64,000 nt of DNA from positions 70,310,001-70,374,000 of the forward strand of contig CM059438.1 in assembly GCA_030390025.1 (NCBI GenBank), in the 5' to 3' direction. The notes beneath the pieces are model-generated. The model saw nothing but the letters and a program-made list of their open reading frames with translations, did not search any database and had not been told where the DNA came from. The translations under genes were made by a program, and so were the position numbers. Source of the DNA: Squalus acanthias (lineage: Eukaryota). The number at the start of each line of letters is the position of its first letter. The first letter of the stretch is position 1. Below are positions 12,006-25,726 of this stretch, piece after piece.

Positions 12006-13413
12006 GTGCTGCAATGGGATTAGTTACATGGTGCAGAACAAAAGGTTTGTTGATAAGGATCTCTATTTTTCCATTTTGTCAAAGAATGGTTCAAGTGCCT
12101 ATTTTTAATTTTGATCTCCAACCTAACAAAATGGTGGGAACACTTCCAAACGTACCATTTCAGTGAATCTTATTACCAAAAATGTACAAAATATGCCCCC
12201 AAACAAAATTCAGGCTATTTTGCAGCTGTGAGCACTACAATGCTTTAGTAATGCATAGACTTTATCACTATTTTTCAGCTATCGATGTAGAACAGTATTG
12301 GGTACCAAGATCAGTACTTGAGTGTGTAAAGAGTCCCTACTAAGAGGAGGCACTTAACTACTGTATATAATAACAGTAAATAAAGGAAAAGGTTATTTTT
12401 CCTCAACTTTAAACAAGTACATTACTCTTACCATGTACAGTATGATCAATGTTAAAAGCTAACTTCATATATTACCCATGATTCTGTCCAGTGCCGCAAC
12501 CATTGGTTTGCTAGTGATTGTGCAGCTGGAAGCCATTTTATTATACGTTGATCCTTGAGTGACCCGGTGAGCAGATCCATCTTTCGGTCTCACTCACATT
12601 ACTATGGAACCACTCGCTTATCTTCCCAGTATCTCTGCAGCTGTAGTGATTCTTGCCCCTTCATAAAGATTACTAACTCCAGCTCTGATCTGGAGTCACG
12701 TGCTCCTTCTTAAATCTTGCATGAGTTTTTTATTAACTGGCTTTTAATGCAACCTTAATAAGCAAAAAGCTGTTGACACTCATTTTTGTTAATTTTCATG
12801 AAACCATTTTTGGATAGGATCCATCCTCAAACAGCTTCATTATTGGTTTCTGTCGAAAGTGCACCACAGTTTATGCACATGCACAGTTTCACTTAAACGA
12901 TCCAACATATGGCCCAAGAATGTTCATCGCCAGCCCTCTCCTCCCCTTCCCACCCAGCCATCACATTATTACATTTGGCTGAGGCTGATGCAAAAAGAAA
13001 AAAGAACACATTTAACATTAAACTTTTAATGATTTAACTCCAATGCTTACATATGGCATCCATTCTTTTAATTACCCGGCATATAGCCTACACTTGGCAA
13101 TTCTTTTATATTTTTCAGTAATTATACACTTGCATTATTCCCTCCCCACCTTAAGTACTGATTAGCAAAACATGAAGACTACAAACGTACTTTGTATTTT
13201 AATTTACATCAGTAGTTTTGGATCACTCAGACTGCACACGGTCCCTCAGGTTTCATTAGCTGTGCAACACAGAAGTGTAGACGTTTCATATTTTACCCTC
13301 CGTTATCTAGTGAGGAGAGAGCATGCAGGAGCAGCATCATTCATAGCATTCATTGAATGTACCGTCCTCTCCATTACTTTCTCCCTTCCCCTCGTGAAGG
13401 CTCTGACAGCTTA

Positions 13414-14373
13414 AGAACATAAGTAATAGGAGCAGGAGTAGGCCATTCAGCCCCTCGAGCCTGCTCCGCCATTCAATAAGATCATGGCTGATCTGATCTT
13501 GGCCTCAACTCCACTTTCCTGCCCGATCCCCATAACCCTTGATTCCCCTGTTTTTCAAAAATCTGTCTCGCTCCGCCTTGAATATATTCAATGACCCAGC
13601 CTCCACAGCTCTCTGGGGTAGAGAATTCCAAAGATTTACGACCCTCTGAGAGAGAAATTCCTCGTCATCTCCGTTTTAAATGGGCGACCCCTTATTCTGA
13701 AACGATGTCCCCTAGTTCTAGATTCCCCACGAGGGGAAACATCCTCTCTGCATCTATCCTGTCACGCCCCCTCAGAATCTTATATGTTTCAATAAGATCA
13801 CCTCTCATTCTTCTAAACTCCAATGAGTATAGGCCCAACCTGCTCATCCTTTGCTCATAAGACAACCCCTTCAACTCAGGAATCAACCTAGTGAATCTTC
13901 TCTGAACTGCCTCCAATGCAAGTATATCCTTCCTTAAATAAGGAGACCAAAACTGTACGCAGCACTCCAGGTATGGTCTCACCAAAGCCCTGTACAGTTG
14001 TAGCAAGACTTCCCTACTTTTATACTCCATCCCCCTTGCAATAAAGGCGAATATTACATTTGCCTTCCTAATTACTTGCTGTACCTGCATGCTAACTTTT
14101 TGTCTTTCATGTACGAAGACACCCAGATCCCTCTGTACCGCAGCATTTTGTAGTCACCATTTAAATAATATTTTGCTTTTTTATTCTTCCTACCAAAGTG
14201 AATAACCTCACATTTTCCCACATTATACTCCATCTGCCAAATTTTTGCCCACTCACTTAACCTATCTACAGTATCCCTTTGCAGACTCTTTGTGTACTCC
14301 GCACAACTTGCTTTCCCACCTATCTTTATATCGTCAGCAAATAAGGAAACAGTACACTCAGTCCCTTCATCTT
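13414..14373 (-). mobile_element. 5'-truncated CR1 LINE (RT C-terminus plus 3'UTR)
   Basis: ORFs containing SLFADDIKIGG and YRALVRPYLECCVQFWSP; tail is ttcttatg-like. Confidence 0.92.
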
Positions 14374-14456
14374 GCTGGGTCACCATCTGAGACCTCACTC
14401 AAGTGGCCATTAATCATATATAAGTCTTGATAGTGAGTGCTGGCAGGTTATTTGAT

Positions 14457-15907
14457 CATGATGCGGAGATGCCGGTGTTGGACTGGGGTGGACAAAATTG
14501 AGAGGTCGCACAACACCAGGTTATGTCCAACAGTTTTATTTGAAATCACAAGCTTTCGGAGCTATCGATTGCTCCTTCCTCAGGTGAAGTAAATTAGATA
14601 CAGAATCGCCAAAGCATATATAGAGAACAAAGCATGTGTACCTTACAATTGCAGACCACTAAATTAAATCATCCTGACTATCTGCCGAGGTGTGATAAAG
14701 TTAATCAAGTCAGCCAGGAAGGTACCACATCAAAGACATAGCAAGATACAACTGAGACAATGAGGTGTAGTCGCAGGGGTTCTAACGTGTCAAAAGCTGC
14801 CGTCTGTATGTAAAACGAAAAGCTTTAAAATTTTTACTTTTTTTACTGGGAAAATTTTTACTTTTTTACTGGGAATCACATCTGTGAACAAGCCAACGAC
14901 GACTCGAGTCCGGATCACGTCATGTATCGTGAGATAAACCCAAGATCCCGGTTGAGACCGTCTTCATGAGTGCGGAACTTGGCTATCAGTTTCTGCTCGA
15001 TGATTTTGCGTTGTCGTGTGTTTCTAAGGTTGCCTTGGAGAACGCTTACCCGCAGATCCGAGGCTGAATGTCCTTGACTGCTGAAGTGTTCCCCGACTGG
15101 GAGGTAACAATCCTGCCTGGCGATTGTTGCGCGGTGCTCGTTCATACGTTGTCTCAGTGTCTGCATGGTCTCGCCGATGTACCATGCCGCGGTGCATTCT
15201 TTCCTGCAACGTATGAGGTAGACAACGTTGGCCGAGTCACATGAGTATGTACCATGTACCTGGTGGGTAGTGTCCTCACGTGTGATGGTGGTATCTGTGT
15301 TGATGATCTGGCATGTCTTGCAGAGTTTGCCATGGCAGGGTTGTGTTGTGTCGTGGTCGCTGTTATCCTGAAAGCTGAGTAATTTGCTGCGAACAATGGT
15401 ACTTCTGAGGTTAGGTGGCTGTTTGAAGGCAAGTAGTGGAGGCGTGGGGATGGCCTTAGCGAGGTGTTTGTCGTCATCGATGACATGTTGAGGGCTTCCA
15501 CCCTAACCATGTTAAAGAAGCCATCCCCTATGGACAAGCCCTGCGAATTCACAGGATCTGCTCAGACGAGGAGGAACGCGATGGACACCTACAGACGCTG
15601 AAAAACGCCCTCGTAAGAACGGGATATGACGCTCGACTCATCGATCGACAGTTCCGACGGGCCACAGCGAAAAATCGCATAGACCTCCTCAGAAGGCAAA
15701 CACGGGACACAACCAACAGGGTACCCTACATCGTCCAGTACTTCCCCGGAGCGGAGAAACTACGCCATGTTCTTCGCAGCCTTCAACATGCTTTGGCGAT
15801 TCTGTATCTAATTTACTTCACCTGAGGAAGGAGCAATCGATAGCTCCGAAAGCTTGTGATTTCAAATAAAACTGTTGGACTATAACCTGGTGTTGTGCGA
15901 CCTCTCA
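14457..15907 (-). mobile_element. Penelope-like element (Neptune-type), truncated and internally inverted
   Basis: - strand: Cys linker CHGKLCKTC, then GIY-YIG NVVYLIRC..WYIGET..RMNEH..GLN. + strand 15494-15790: RT thumb FHPNHVKEAIPYGQALRIHRICS. Inverted pLTR arms at 14498-14617 and 15788-15908; 12-bp TSD aggttatttgat. Confidence 0.92.
15818..15859 (+). ncRNA. Minimal hammerhead ribozyme motif in pLTR (mirror copy on - strand at 14546-14587)
   Basis: ucac-CUGAGGA-a-ggagc..gcucc-GAAA-gc-UU-guga. Confidence 0.72.
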
Positions 15908-16375
15908 AGGTTATTTGATTGCAGGGTTATCATAGCTGAGCCCAATTCAGTCTTCATGCAATCGTGTCCTCAAACAACCTCCATACATGCGTATTTCCAG
16001 CAGGGATTACTGATTAATGACCAGGATTGGGGAATCCTGTCCCATTTTCTCTTCCTTAACCCAGAGGCTCTGAGGCCAATTATGACACTCCAACAATAGC
16101 CCAAGCTAAGAGTAGTTGACTGTGAATTGGACATGGTATACCTCCCTGGTCTGTATAGCTCAACTACCCACTTACTAAACCAGCTATTGTGGAAGAAAGG
16201 AGCAAATTTAATTGAGGAAGAGTAGAGAGCAAATTATGTAACTGTGCAACGGGGGGTAGGCGGTGGGGGACTTGGCTGATCTCAGACTTAAAAGTCTTTA
16301 CTAACATCACAATTTCCATGTGAAAGAACTCCCAGGTTTTCAGATTGTAAATGTGAACTTTCTTTCACTGCACAG

Positions 16376-16555
16376 GTTTCTCCAATGTGCTTAAAATGCT
16401 GAAGGGAGAGAGCAGCAGAGAGGACCTGATTTCCATCATCCAGCAGTACGGCAGTCATTATATTGCTGAGGCTCTCTATGGCTCAGAGCTCACATGCAAG
16501 ATACACTTTCCAAGCAAGAAGGTCCAGCAACAGCTTTGGCTCCAGTATCAGAAAG
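16376..16555 (+). CDS. ASTN2: Astrotactin-2 MACPF-domain exon (G-FSNVLKMLKGESSREDLISIIQQYGSHYIAEALYGSELTCKIHFPSKKVQQQLWLQYQK)
   Basis: cacag acceptor, gtagg donor at 16556, phase 1-1, 180 bp, with the MACPF-type YGSHYI...LYG motif. The nested TRIM32 that follows supports ASTN2 over ASTN1. Confidence 0.93.
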
Positions 16556-16591
16556 GTAGGATCAAAATCAACTTTTTCCACCCATTGTTAT

Positions 16592-19500
16592 TTATTTTAT
16601 TTGTTTATGGGATGTGGGCATAGCTGGCAAGGCCAGTATTTATTGCCCATCCCTAATTGCCCTTGAGAAGGTGGTGGTGAGCCGCCTTCTTGAACCGCTG
16701 CAGTCTGTGTGGTGAAGGTACTCCCACAGTGCTGTTAGATAGGGAGTTCCAGGATTTTGACCCAGCAACGATGAAGGAACGGCGATATACTTCTAAGTTA
16801 GGATGGTGAGTGACTTGGAGGGGAACTTGAAGGTGGTGGTGTTCCCATGTGCCTGCTGCCCTTGTCCTTCGAGGTGGAAGAGGTCACGGGTTTGGGAGGT
16901 GCTGCCGAAGAAGCCTTGGCAAGTTGCTGCAGTGCATCTTGTAGATGGTACACACTGCAGCCACGGTACGCCAGTGGTGGAGGGAGTGAATGTTTAAGGT
17001 GGCCAATGGGGTGCCAGTCAAGCGGGCTACTTTGTCCTGGATGGTGTTGAGCTTCTTGAGTGTTGTTGGAGCTGCACTCATCCAGGCAAGTGGAGAGTAT
17101 TCCATCACACTCCTTACTTGTGCTTTGTAGATGGTAGAAAAGCTTTGGGGAGTCAGGAGGTGAGACACTTGCCACAGAATACCTAGCCTCTGACCTGCTC
17201 TTGTTGCCACAGTATTTATGTGGCTAGTCCAGTTAAGTTTCTGGTCAATAGTGACCCCCAGGATGTTGATGGTGGGGGATTTGGCGATGGTAAGACCATT
17301 GAATGTCAAGGGGCGGTGGTTAGACTCTTGCTTATTGGAGATAGCCATTTCCTGGTACTTCTGTGGCGTGAATGTTACCTGCCACTTATCAGCCCAAGCC
17401 TGAACGTCGTTCAGGTCTTGTTGCATCCAGGCATGGACTGCTTCATTATCTGAGGAGTTGTGAATGACACTCAACACTGTACAGTCATCAGCGAACATCC
17501 GCATTTCTGACCTTATGTTGGAGGGAAGGTCATTGATGAAGCAGCTGAAGATGGTTGGGCCTAGGACACTGCCCTGAGGAACTCCTGCAGTGATGTCCTG
17601 GGGCTGTGATGATTGACCTTCAATCACCACAACCACCTTCCTTTGTGCGAGGTATGACTCTAGCCGGTGAAGAGTTTTCCCTCCGATTCCCATTGACTTC
17701 AGTTTTACTCGCGTTCCTTCATGCCACACTCAGTCAAATGCTGCCTTGACGTCAAGGGCAGTCACTCTCACTTCTCCTCTGGAATTCAGCTCCTTTGTCC
17801 ATGTTTGGACCAAGGCTGTAATGAGGTTGGGAGCTGAGTGGTCTTGGCGGAACCCAAACTGGCCATCAGTGAGCAGGTTTTTGGTGAGTAAGTGCCGCTT
17901 GATGATGATTGAGAGTAGACTGATGGGGCGGTAATTGGCCAGATTGGATTTGTCCTGTTTTTTGTGAACAGGACATACCTAGGCAGTTTTCCACAGTGTC
18001 GGATAGATGCCAGTGTTGTACCTGTACTGGAACAACTTGGCTGGAAGCGCGGCTAGTTCTGGATCACAACTCTTCAGCACGATAGCCAGGATGTTGTCAG
18101 GGCCCATAGCCTTTGCTGTATCCAATGCGCTCAGCCGTTTCTTGATATCACGTGGAGTGAATCGAATTGGCTGAAGACTGGCTTCTGTGATGGTGGGGAC
18201 CTCAGGAGGAGGCCGATATGGATCATCCACTCGGCACCTCTGGCTGAAGATGGTTGCAAACACTCAGCCTTGTCTTTTGCACTCACGTGCTGGGATGCAC
18301 CATCATTGCGGATGGGGTTATTCATGGAGCCGCATCCTCCTGTTAGTTGTTTAATGGTCCACCACCATTCACCACTGGATGTGGCAGGACTGCAGAGCTT
18401 TGATCTGATCCGTTGATTGTGGGATCGCTTAGCCCTGTCTATAGCATGCTGCTTCCGCTTTTTAGCATGCATATAGTCCTGTGTTGCAGCTTTCCCAGGT
18501 TGGCACCTCATTTTTAGCTACGCCTGGTGCTGCTCCTGGCATACTCTTCTACACTCCTTATTGAACCAGGGTTGGTACCCTGGCTTGATGGTAATGGTAG
18601 AGAGAGGGGTATTCCGGGCCATGAGGTTACAGATTGTGGTGGAATACAATTCTGCTGCTGCTGATGTCCCACAGCACCTCATAGTTGCCCAGTTTTGAGC
18701 TGCTAGATCCGTTCTGAATCTATCCCATTTAGCACAGTGGTAGTGCCACACAACACGATGGAGGGTGTCCTCAGTGTGAAGATGGGACTTCGTCTCCACA
18801 TGTCTGTGCGGTGGTCACTGCTACCAATACTGTCATGGACAGATGCATCTGCGACAGGTAGATTGGTGAGGACGAGGTCAAGTAGGTTTTTCCCTTGTGT
18901 TGGTTCTCTCGCCACCTGTCGCAGACCCAGACTGGCAGCTGTGTCCTTCAGGACTCGGCCAGTAGTGGTGCTACCGAGCCACTCTTGGTGATGGACATTG
19001 AAGTCCCCCACCCAGAGTACATTCTGTGCCCTTGCTACTCTCAGTGCTTCTTCCAAGTGGTGTTCAACATGGCGGAGTACTGATTCATCAGCTGAGGGAG
19101 GGTGGGAGGTGGTAATCAGCGGGAGGTTTCCTTGCCCATGCTTGATCTCAAGCCATGAGACTTCCTGGGGTCCGGAGTCAATGTTGAGGACTCCCAGGGC
19201 CACTCCTTCCCGACAGTATACCACTGTGTCGCCACCCCTGGTGGGTCTGTCCTGCCCGTGGGACAGGACATACCCAGGGATGGTGATGGAGGAGTTAGGG
19301 ACATTGGCTGAAAGGTATGATTCTGTGAGTATGACTATGTCAGGCTGTTGCTTCACTAGTCTGTGGAACAGCTCTCCCAATTTTGGCACAAGTCCCCAGA
19401 TGTTGGTGAGGAGGACTTTGCAGGGTCGACTGGGCTGGGTGTGCCGTTGCTGTGTCCGTAGCCGGTGCCGAGGCCGATGCCGGGTGGTTCGTCCGGTTTA

Positions 19501-19817
19501 ATTTTTATTATTTTGTTTCGTAGCGGTTTGTTACAACTGAGTGGCTTGCTGGGCCATTTCAGTGGGCAGTTAAGAGTCAACCACATTGCTGTGGGTCTGG
19601 AGTCACATATAGGCCAGACCAGGTAAGGATGGCAGATTTCCTTCCCTAAAGGACATTAGTGAACCAGATGGGTTTTTACGACAATCCGATAGTTTCATGG
19701 TTACCATTAGTGATACTAGCTTTTTATTCCAGATTTATTTAATTAACTGAATTTAAATTCCCCAGCTGCCGTGGTGGGATTTGAACTCTTGTCTCTGGAT
19801 CATTAGTCCAGGCCTCT
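16592..19817 (-). mobile_element. Decayed CR1/L2-group LINE (APE endonuclease plus RT) with a tRNA-like 5' head and no visible ORF1
   Basis: APE motifs ILTESYL, GDFN, LDLVLTN, SDH; RT motifs [14 protein letters not shown]; multiple frameshifts and stops. B-box gagttcaaatccc on the - strand near 19776-19788. Confidence 0.88.
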
Positions 19818-19839
19818 TTTTTCCATAAAGAGAACAATA

Positions 19840-20082
19840 CAGTAAACTCTTTCGTATCCAGCACCGACGGGACCGGGATGGTGCCAGTTGATTAAAAATT
19901 CCGGATAACAGAGAGGTAGGCAATTTTTAACACGAAAAAAAAGTGACTAACTCGGCCACCGCGGGAAACTCGGACGCAGAAAAACGAAAAATGGATGGAT
20001 TCGGCAAGATTACCGGCTATCTATTTTGCCACTTATTAAAGAATTCCGGTTGATTACGTGCCGTTTAAACGAGAGTTTACTG
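19840..20082. mobile_element. Tc1/mariner-pogo (Tigger-like) MITE
   Basis: TIRs cagtaaactct / agagtttactg flanked by TA on both sides. Confidence 0.8.
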
Positions 20083-20797
20083 TACTCGGGGTGGGGGGGG
20101 GGAGGGAGGGGAGGAGTCATGTACTTTTAATCTGAAGTGATCATACTTGACCGCAACCTAAAGGATAAAGAGACTTGCTCCTAAAAAGTAGCTTGAGGCA
20201 GTGTTGATTTCCATTTCTGTTGCCAGCAGTGTCAGCTGTCTCGGCCCAAAGCCGCTCCTTAAAACCAACCTTTGGTCATCTGTCTTAATATCTTTCTGTG
20301 GCTCGGTGTCAAATTTTGTCTGATAACGCTCCTGTGAAGGGCTTTAGGACATTGTACTACATTAAAGGCGCCGTATAAATGCAAGTTGTTGTTGAAGAAA
20401 ATATTTGTGGCAATCACTCGACACAGTCCCTAGGGACTCTCTGCTCCCACATTCTAAAATGTGGTACTCATCTGCCTCAGAAGAATGAACAGTTGAGTAA
20501 ATCCTGCTGGGATTCCAGATCAAGGCCATCTGGTCCCACTACTCTGCTCCACCAATTGTTCTACAAAGGACAAATGACAGAAAATCCACACAGCTGTCAC
20601 CGAGGACACTGGGGGATGTGCCTCTTCACCAGTCCATAAACCCAACTGAAACATTAAGCATCGGCCCAGACGCGAGTCGTGGTCTATTACTGAACTTTTC
20701 AGGTTAATTTCAATGCTGGGATATCAAGGACCTGGCAGATTGTCAATTCTCACTCGGAATCCAAAGGGTCACACCAGTTAAGCCAACCAAGCAAGTG

Positions 20798-20932
20798 TTC
20801 CAGTTCTGATGAAAGGTCTTAGACCTGAAACGTTAACTCTGTTTCTCTCTCCACGGATGCTGCTTGGCCTGCTGAGTTTTTCCAGTGTTTTCTGTTGTTA
20901 TTTCGGATTTCCAGCATCCGCAGTATTTTGCT
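20798..20932 (+). mobile_element. Penelope pLTR fragment with hammerhead motif (20802-20838)
   Basis: aguu-CUGAUGA-a-agguc/gaccu-GAAA-cg-UU-aacu. Confidence 0.75.
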
Positions 20933-21396
20933 ATCGTAAGCAGGTGGTCTGTCCGTCCTCGTGAGACTGTAGTTTCACTGACAGATGCAAATACTATTTC
21001 CACCCCAGAAGAGATGTTCTCAAATACTTTTTTACTTCTGTTAAATATTGTCAAAGAGGGGGATTTAACTAAAAGTACTTCCCTCCCATCCCAAGTGCTG
21101 TCCCTTTTTTAAAAAAGAACTGTGCTCAAAATTGCAGTATTTTGGGCCCATCCCTTCATTCTTGGCACGTTTAGTATGTTTATCAACGTGCATTATCTGC
21201 ACCTGGAGTAGTGTCTGTAGATTGGTTAGAAGTTGTCGAGGATCTGCAGTTTTAATTTGAGCTGGGTGTGGATCAATTTTTTCTTAGGTTTTTGGGCCAG
21301 GGCAAATCTGCTAATTGGCAGATAAAAATAATAAATTACGGTGTGGATATCCAGAATAGTTTTTTCTTTCCTTTTAGTTATTTTGTTTCTTGAAGA

Positions 21397-21810
21397 AGGA
21401 ACTTGCATTTATATCGTGCCTTTCACCTCAGGATATCCCAAAGTGCTTTACAGCCAATGAAGTATAGTCACTGTTGTAATGTAGGGAAATGCGGCAGCCA
21501 ATTTGCACACAGCAAGTTCTCACAAATAGTAATGAGATAAATGACTAGTTAATCCGTTTTAGTGATGCTGTTTGAAGGTTAAATATTGGCCAGGACACTC
21601 CCCATCTCTTCTTAGTGTCATGGGACCTTTTACTGATCTCTTTACCCGAGAGAGCAGATAGGGCCTTGGTTTAACATCTCATCTAAAAAAAAACAGTACC
21701 TCTGACAGTGAAGCATTCCCTCAATACAGCACTGAAGGGTCAGCCTAGATTATGTGCTCAAGTCGCTGATGTGAACCCATGACCTTCTAACTCAAATGCC
21801 AGAGTGCAAA
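21397..21810 (-). mobile_element. Deu-like SINE copy
   Basis: Reverse complement of the 3915-4355 family, more diverged. Confidence 0.75.
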
Positions 21811-22054
21811 GGTTAGTAACAGTTTACATTTCTATTCCCCCGATCTTTTCAATCTGTTAAAACCAACGGAAAATGTTTTGTTCCCCAGTTGTTCTTTGTC
21901 AAGTTACATTCATAGTGAAAAATTAAGTAATAACACATCTTACAAACTACCCTAAATAGTTCAGGGGACTGACTGGTGGCTGTTTGCCCACTGAGGCAAT
22001 GGCAGACTTTGGTCGCAGTGCCCCGGGTATTGGATTAGGATGTGGTTAAGAAAA

Positions 22055-22492
22055 GGAAAGATTGCATTGATATAGCGCCTTTCACAACCTCAGGACGTCC
22101 GAAAGCGCCTTACAGCCAATGAAGTACTTTTGAAGTATAGTCACTGTTGTGATGTAGGACACGTGGCAGCCCATTTGTGCACAGCAAATGTGATAATGAC
22201 CAGATAATCTGTTTGTGATGTTGATTCAGGGATAATTACTGGCCAGGACACCAGGATTAACTCCCCTGCTCTTCTTCAAAATAGTGTCATGGGATCTTTT
22301 ACATCCACCTGCGAGAGCAGACAGGGCCTCAGTTTAACATCTCATCCGAAAGACAGCACCTCTGACAGTGCAGCACTCCCTCAGTACTACACTGGCGATC
22401 CAGCGTAGATTTTTGTGCTGAAGTCGCTGGAGTGGGACTTGAACCCAGAACCTTCTGACTCAGAGGCGAGTGTGCTACCAACTAAGCCAAGA
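22055..22492 (-). mobile_element. Deu-like SINE copy
   Basis: Reverse complement of the 3915-4355 family, including the tRNA head. Confidence 0.8.
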
Positions 22493-23447
22493 GCACCCCT
22501 CTCACTTGTGCTCAGTGTTCCTGATTTAACTCACCCCTGGAGTAAAAGATGGGCTAGAAATCTCTTAACTAGTCGGTTAGAAGCATGGCCATTGTCTTAC
22601 AAGTGAAAACAGAATTCCAGAATGTGATCCCCAAAATTGGTAAAAAATCTCAAAATCCAATGCAACAGGATTTGACCTACTCAGCCATCTTAAATCAGTG
22701 GCCCTGATTAGACGTATGACAGTCAAGAGTTGCCTAGTTAGCCACAAGGCGGTACTGTGTAGAAACATAGAACTGCAGGTTATGACAGGACTTGGTTTCT
22801 GTGAAGCACCAGCCAATGGCTAGAAGGAAAACTGCCATAAAGATTATTTCAACATGGAAGTTTGTTTCAGTGGCAAGAGAAGCAACACTTCCCAAAGCAG
22901 AAGAGGAGAAATCTTCCGGTAATGGAGATTATAACAGAATGTGGCCGCTTTTTAAATTCAATGGAATGCCGCACTGTGACATGGCACATCAGGTTAGAAA
23001 TCTATTTTTAAACAGTTTATGTAGAAGACAGCTGAACAATCTGAAAACTGAAGTATTTCTGTCCTGTATTTGTTTGTCAGTATTATTTTGCAGCAGATAT
23101 ACAATAATGGGCTAGGGCTTTAAGGCAAGAGTCAGATGCTTTATATTAAAAAAAACACACTTCCCTGACCATTCTTAAAGAAAAAATAATACAAGCTTTT
23201 AAAACCTCACTCTGGGGTCAGCTAAAACCTATTTGATTGGCCTGGTCTTCTCAAACCTGGGCGCTGTCTAGCACCGTCACCCTTTAAGGACGTTCGAAAC
23301 ACACTCAGATGCTGGGAGAGTGAGAATCGGAGAGTGTCAAGCTGCTGTTGACCAGAAAGCCTTTTCACGTCCTTGACGGTTGTTATATATTGTCAATGTT
23401 TTCAAAAAAAAAACATAGTTCCATAATGTTGCACAAAATCCAGCAGT

Positions 23448-23471
23448 TTTATTTCCTGAAATGCTTTTATT
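23448..23471 (-). terminator. Candidate TRIM32 polyadenylation signals
   Basis: Two AATAAA hexamers on the - strand (23466-23471 and 23448-23453), about 320 nt past the stop codon. Confidence 0.45.
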
Positions 23472-23788
23472 AAATGTGGTATTCATTATAAAGCAAGATA
23501 ACCTCTATACTGTTCACAGAAGTGCCAAACTGCAAACCAAATGATCCAACCATGTGCAGTGATACAACACCACCCAGAGTGGTCTATTTAACTAAGCTTT
23601 GCAACATGCAGTACAGTTAAATTCATAGGTTGACTTTAATTACTGACTATACCCGCAAAGTGAAATTTGCAACATTTCACAAGGGGGGACGGGGAATTGA
23701 TTGTGGAAGGACGCAAGACTCGCTCTGCCACCCCAGACACACAAAACTGGAGTGCTGTGCAGGTTTGTCATTCCTTGCCATTTTAAGA

Positions 23789-25726
23789 TTAATTTGTTAT
23801 GTGCCGCCTTGAATGATAATTGTAGATTTTGATGCAGTGATCCCAGCAGTCCAACACCAGAAGCTGACCCTTGGGTGACACAGCTACCCCCACTGGGCAC
23901 ACCAAGCCTTCTCTGATCAGGCTGGCAAATCCGCCCTCTTTGGGGAAGAGAAGGATCTCCTTGCGCCCGCTGTCCGCAACGATCAGGTTTCCGTTGGCGT
24001 CGACGCACATCCCTGCGATGCAGCGGAAGTCTTCGTTTTCGGCGAAGAAGTGGCTGTACTGACGGCTGAGCTGCCCCTCTGGACTGACGGAGCCGATGGA
24101 GAAGCCGCCTTCCAGGTGGTGCTCATTCTGACTGTTCTCCAGGTTCAAGCCCAGGCCCTGAGTGAAATAGACGCTACCATTGGCGTCGCAGGTAACAAAC
24201 TTGGGCCTCACCGCGCTGCACAGCCGGGAGTAGTTTACGACGCCAACGTTACGGTCCACGGTTAGACACCACAGCTTGCCGCCTTCCACGTCCGTCACAA
24301 CAAACTGTCCGGAAGGCATTGCTGCGATGCCCCAGGGCTTTGTCAGCTGGTTCCTGTGACATGCCACATATTGTCCCGCAGTGGTATAAATCTTAACAGA
24401 GTTGTCGTAATTGTCAGTGACGCCAATTAAGCCACTGCTGTTGACAGCCACAGACAGCGGTATCAGGTTCGGGAGCTCAGCACCAAGAAAACTGAGAACA
24501 AAATTGTCAATACTATTTGGGCTTCTTCTAATCTCCTTCATAAAGCCTTTCCGATTGAAGAGCTGGACTCGGAAGTTTCCCCGATCTGCCACCAGCACTT
24601 CCCCTTGTACTGTCACGCACAGGCTCACTGGGAGGTGAAACATCCCAGGCAAGTTGCCGTGGGAACCGATCTTCTTGAGCAGCTGACAGTTTGGGGGCCC
24701 AGAGGCCATGCTTTCAGGCATCCTGCTTTTTGGAGGAGACGACGGTGGGAGGAAGCTGGCAGTTTCTTTGGAGGAGTCCGCCTCTTGCGTAGGCTCAGTG
24801 GGGGTAAACGTCTCCATGAGTGTTTCTTCAATGGGAACAGTATAGGGCCTGGTCTCGAGCTGTCCTACCTCAGTTGGCTCCAGGTGATCTCCTTTGACCA
24901 GTTCAACCTGCTGAAGCGTTAGCTGGGTGGGCAAGTTGTTAGTCAAGTCAGGGTCTTCCTCATCAATGTCTTCTTCAAGAAGAGCTGTGTCTGCCTGTTT
25001 GATTTTGGTGCCGAGGTAATCACACCTCGACACAATCTGCACCTCTGCGATGTTGATCAGATAAGCATGCTCCTCCAATATCTGATTGTTCATCTTTTCA
25101 ACTTCCGACACAGCCGACGTGAAAGCCCTGCGGGATTTGGCCAGCTCCTCCTGGATTCTCCGCTCAGCCCGACAGTAATCCTGATGGATTGCTTTGTACT
25201 TGGCTTGCATGTTTTTTGCGATCGTGTCCACGGCTGTCTTCTTGCGCTGCATGTCCGCCATCATTTCCCGCAGCTTGACGAGCTTAATCCCGACTTCCTT
25301 CCGCCGCTGTTCAGCTGCAGTGCGAATTGTGACAACAGTGTGCCCTTGCACTTGATGAAGGTCAGTTTTGCACACCTCGCAAAGGACCAGGCAGCAGTTC
25401 TCGCAGAAATTTCGAGGCAGTCTCTTCCGGCAGATTTTGCACATGACCATACACATTGCTTCACTCAGACTGGCCGAGTCAATGATTTTTAAAACTGTAA
25501 GATTGTCCGACAGTTGGGACAGATTGTTCATCCTGGTTATTTTGCTGCAGAAGGGACAACGTACTCCATTTATGCTGTCTGCTATGAGCTTTTCCAGACA
25601 CTGCTTGCAGATGGTGTGTCCACACTGCAGGAGTTTGGGCCTTATTACAGTTTGGTTGAAGGTCTCCATACAGATGGGACATTCCAGCACCTCCCGAACA
25701 ATGTCTGCATCCAGGCTAGTTGCCAT
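23789..25726 (-). CDS. TRIM32: E3 ubiquitin ligase TRIM32 (RING, B-box, coiled coil, NHL repeats), 645 aa, single coding exon
   Basis: Uninterrupted ORF with RING (CPIC...CGHTIC..C...CPFC), B-box, coiled coil and NHL repeats ending [14 protein letters not shown]. First ATG is at 25726 (the track start at 25732 is GTG). A ttttag acceptor places the exon start at 25751. Confidence 0.96.
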   Translation of the reverse strand: MATSLDADIVREVLECPICMETFNQTVIRPKLLQCGHTICKQCLEKLIADSINGVRCPFCSKITRMNNLSQLSDNLTVLKIIDSASLSEAMCMVMCKICRKRLPRNFCENCCLVLCEVCKTDLHQVQGHTVVTIRTAAEQRRKEVGIKLVKLREMMADMQRKKTAVDTIAKNMQAKYKAIHQDYCRAERRIQEELAKSRRAFTSAVSEVEKMNNQILEEHAYLINIAEVQIVSRCDYLGTKIKQADTALLEEDIDEEDPDLTNNLPTQLTLQQVELVKGDHLEPTEVGQLETRPYTVPIEETLMETFTPTEPTQEADSSKETASFLPPSSPPKSRMPESMASGPPNCQLLKKIGSHGNLPGMFHLPVSLCVTVQGEVLVADRGNFRVQLFNRKGFMKEIRRSPNSIDNFVLSFLGAELPNLIPLSVAVNSSGLIGVTDNYDNSVKIYTTAGQYVACHRNQLTKPWGIAAMPSGQFVVTDVEGGKLWCLTVDRNVGVVNYSRLCSAVRPKFVTCDANGSVYFTQGLGLNLENSQNEHHLEGGFSIGSVSPEGQLSRQYSHFFAENEDFRCIAGMCVDANGNLIVADSGRKEILLFPKEGGFASLIREGLVCPVGVAVSPKGQLLVLDCWDHCIKIYNYHSRRHITN

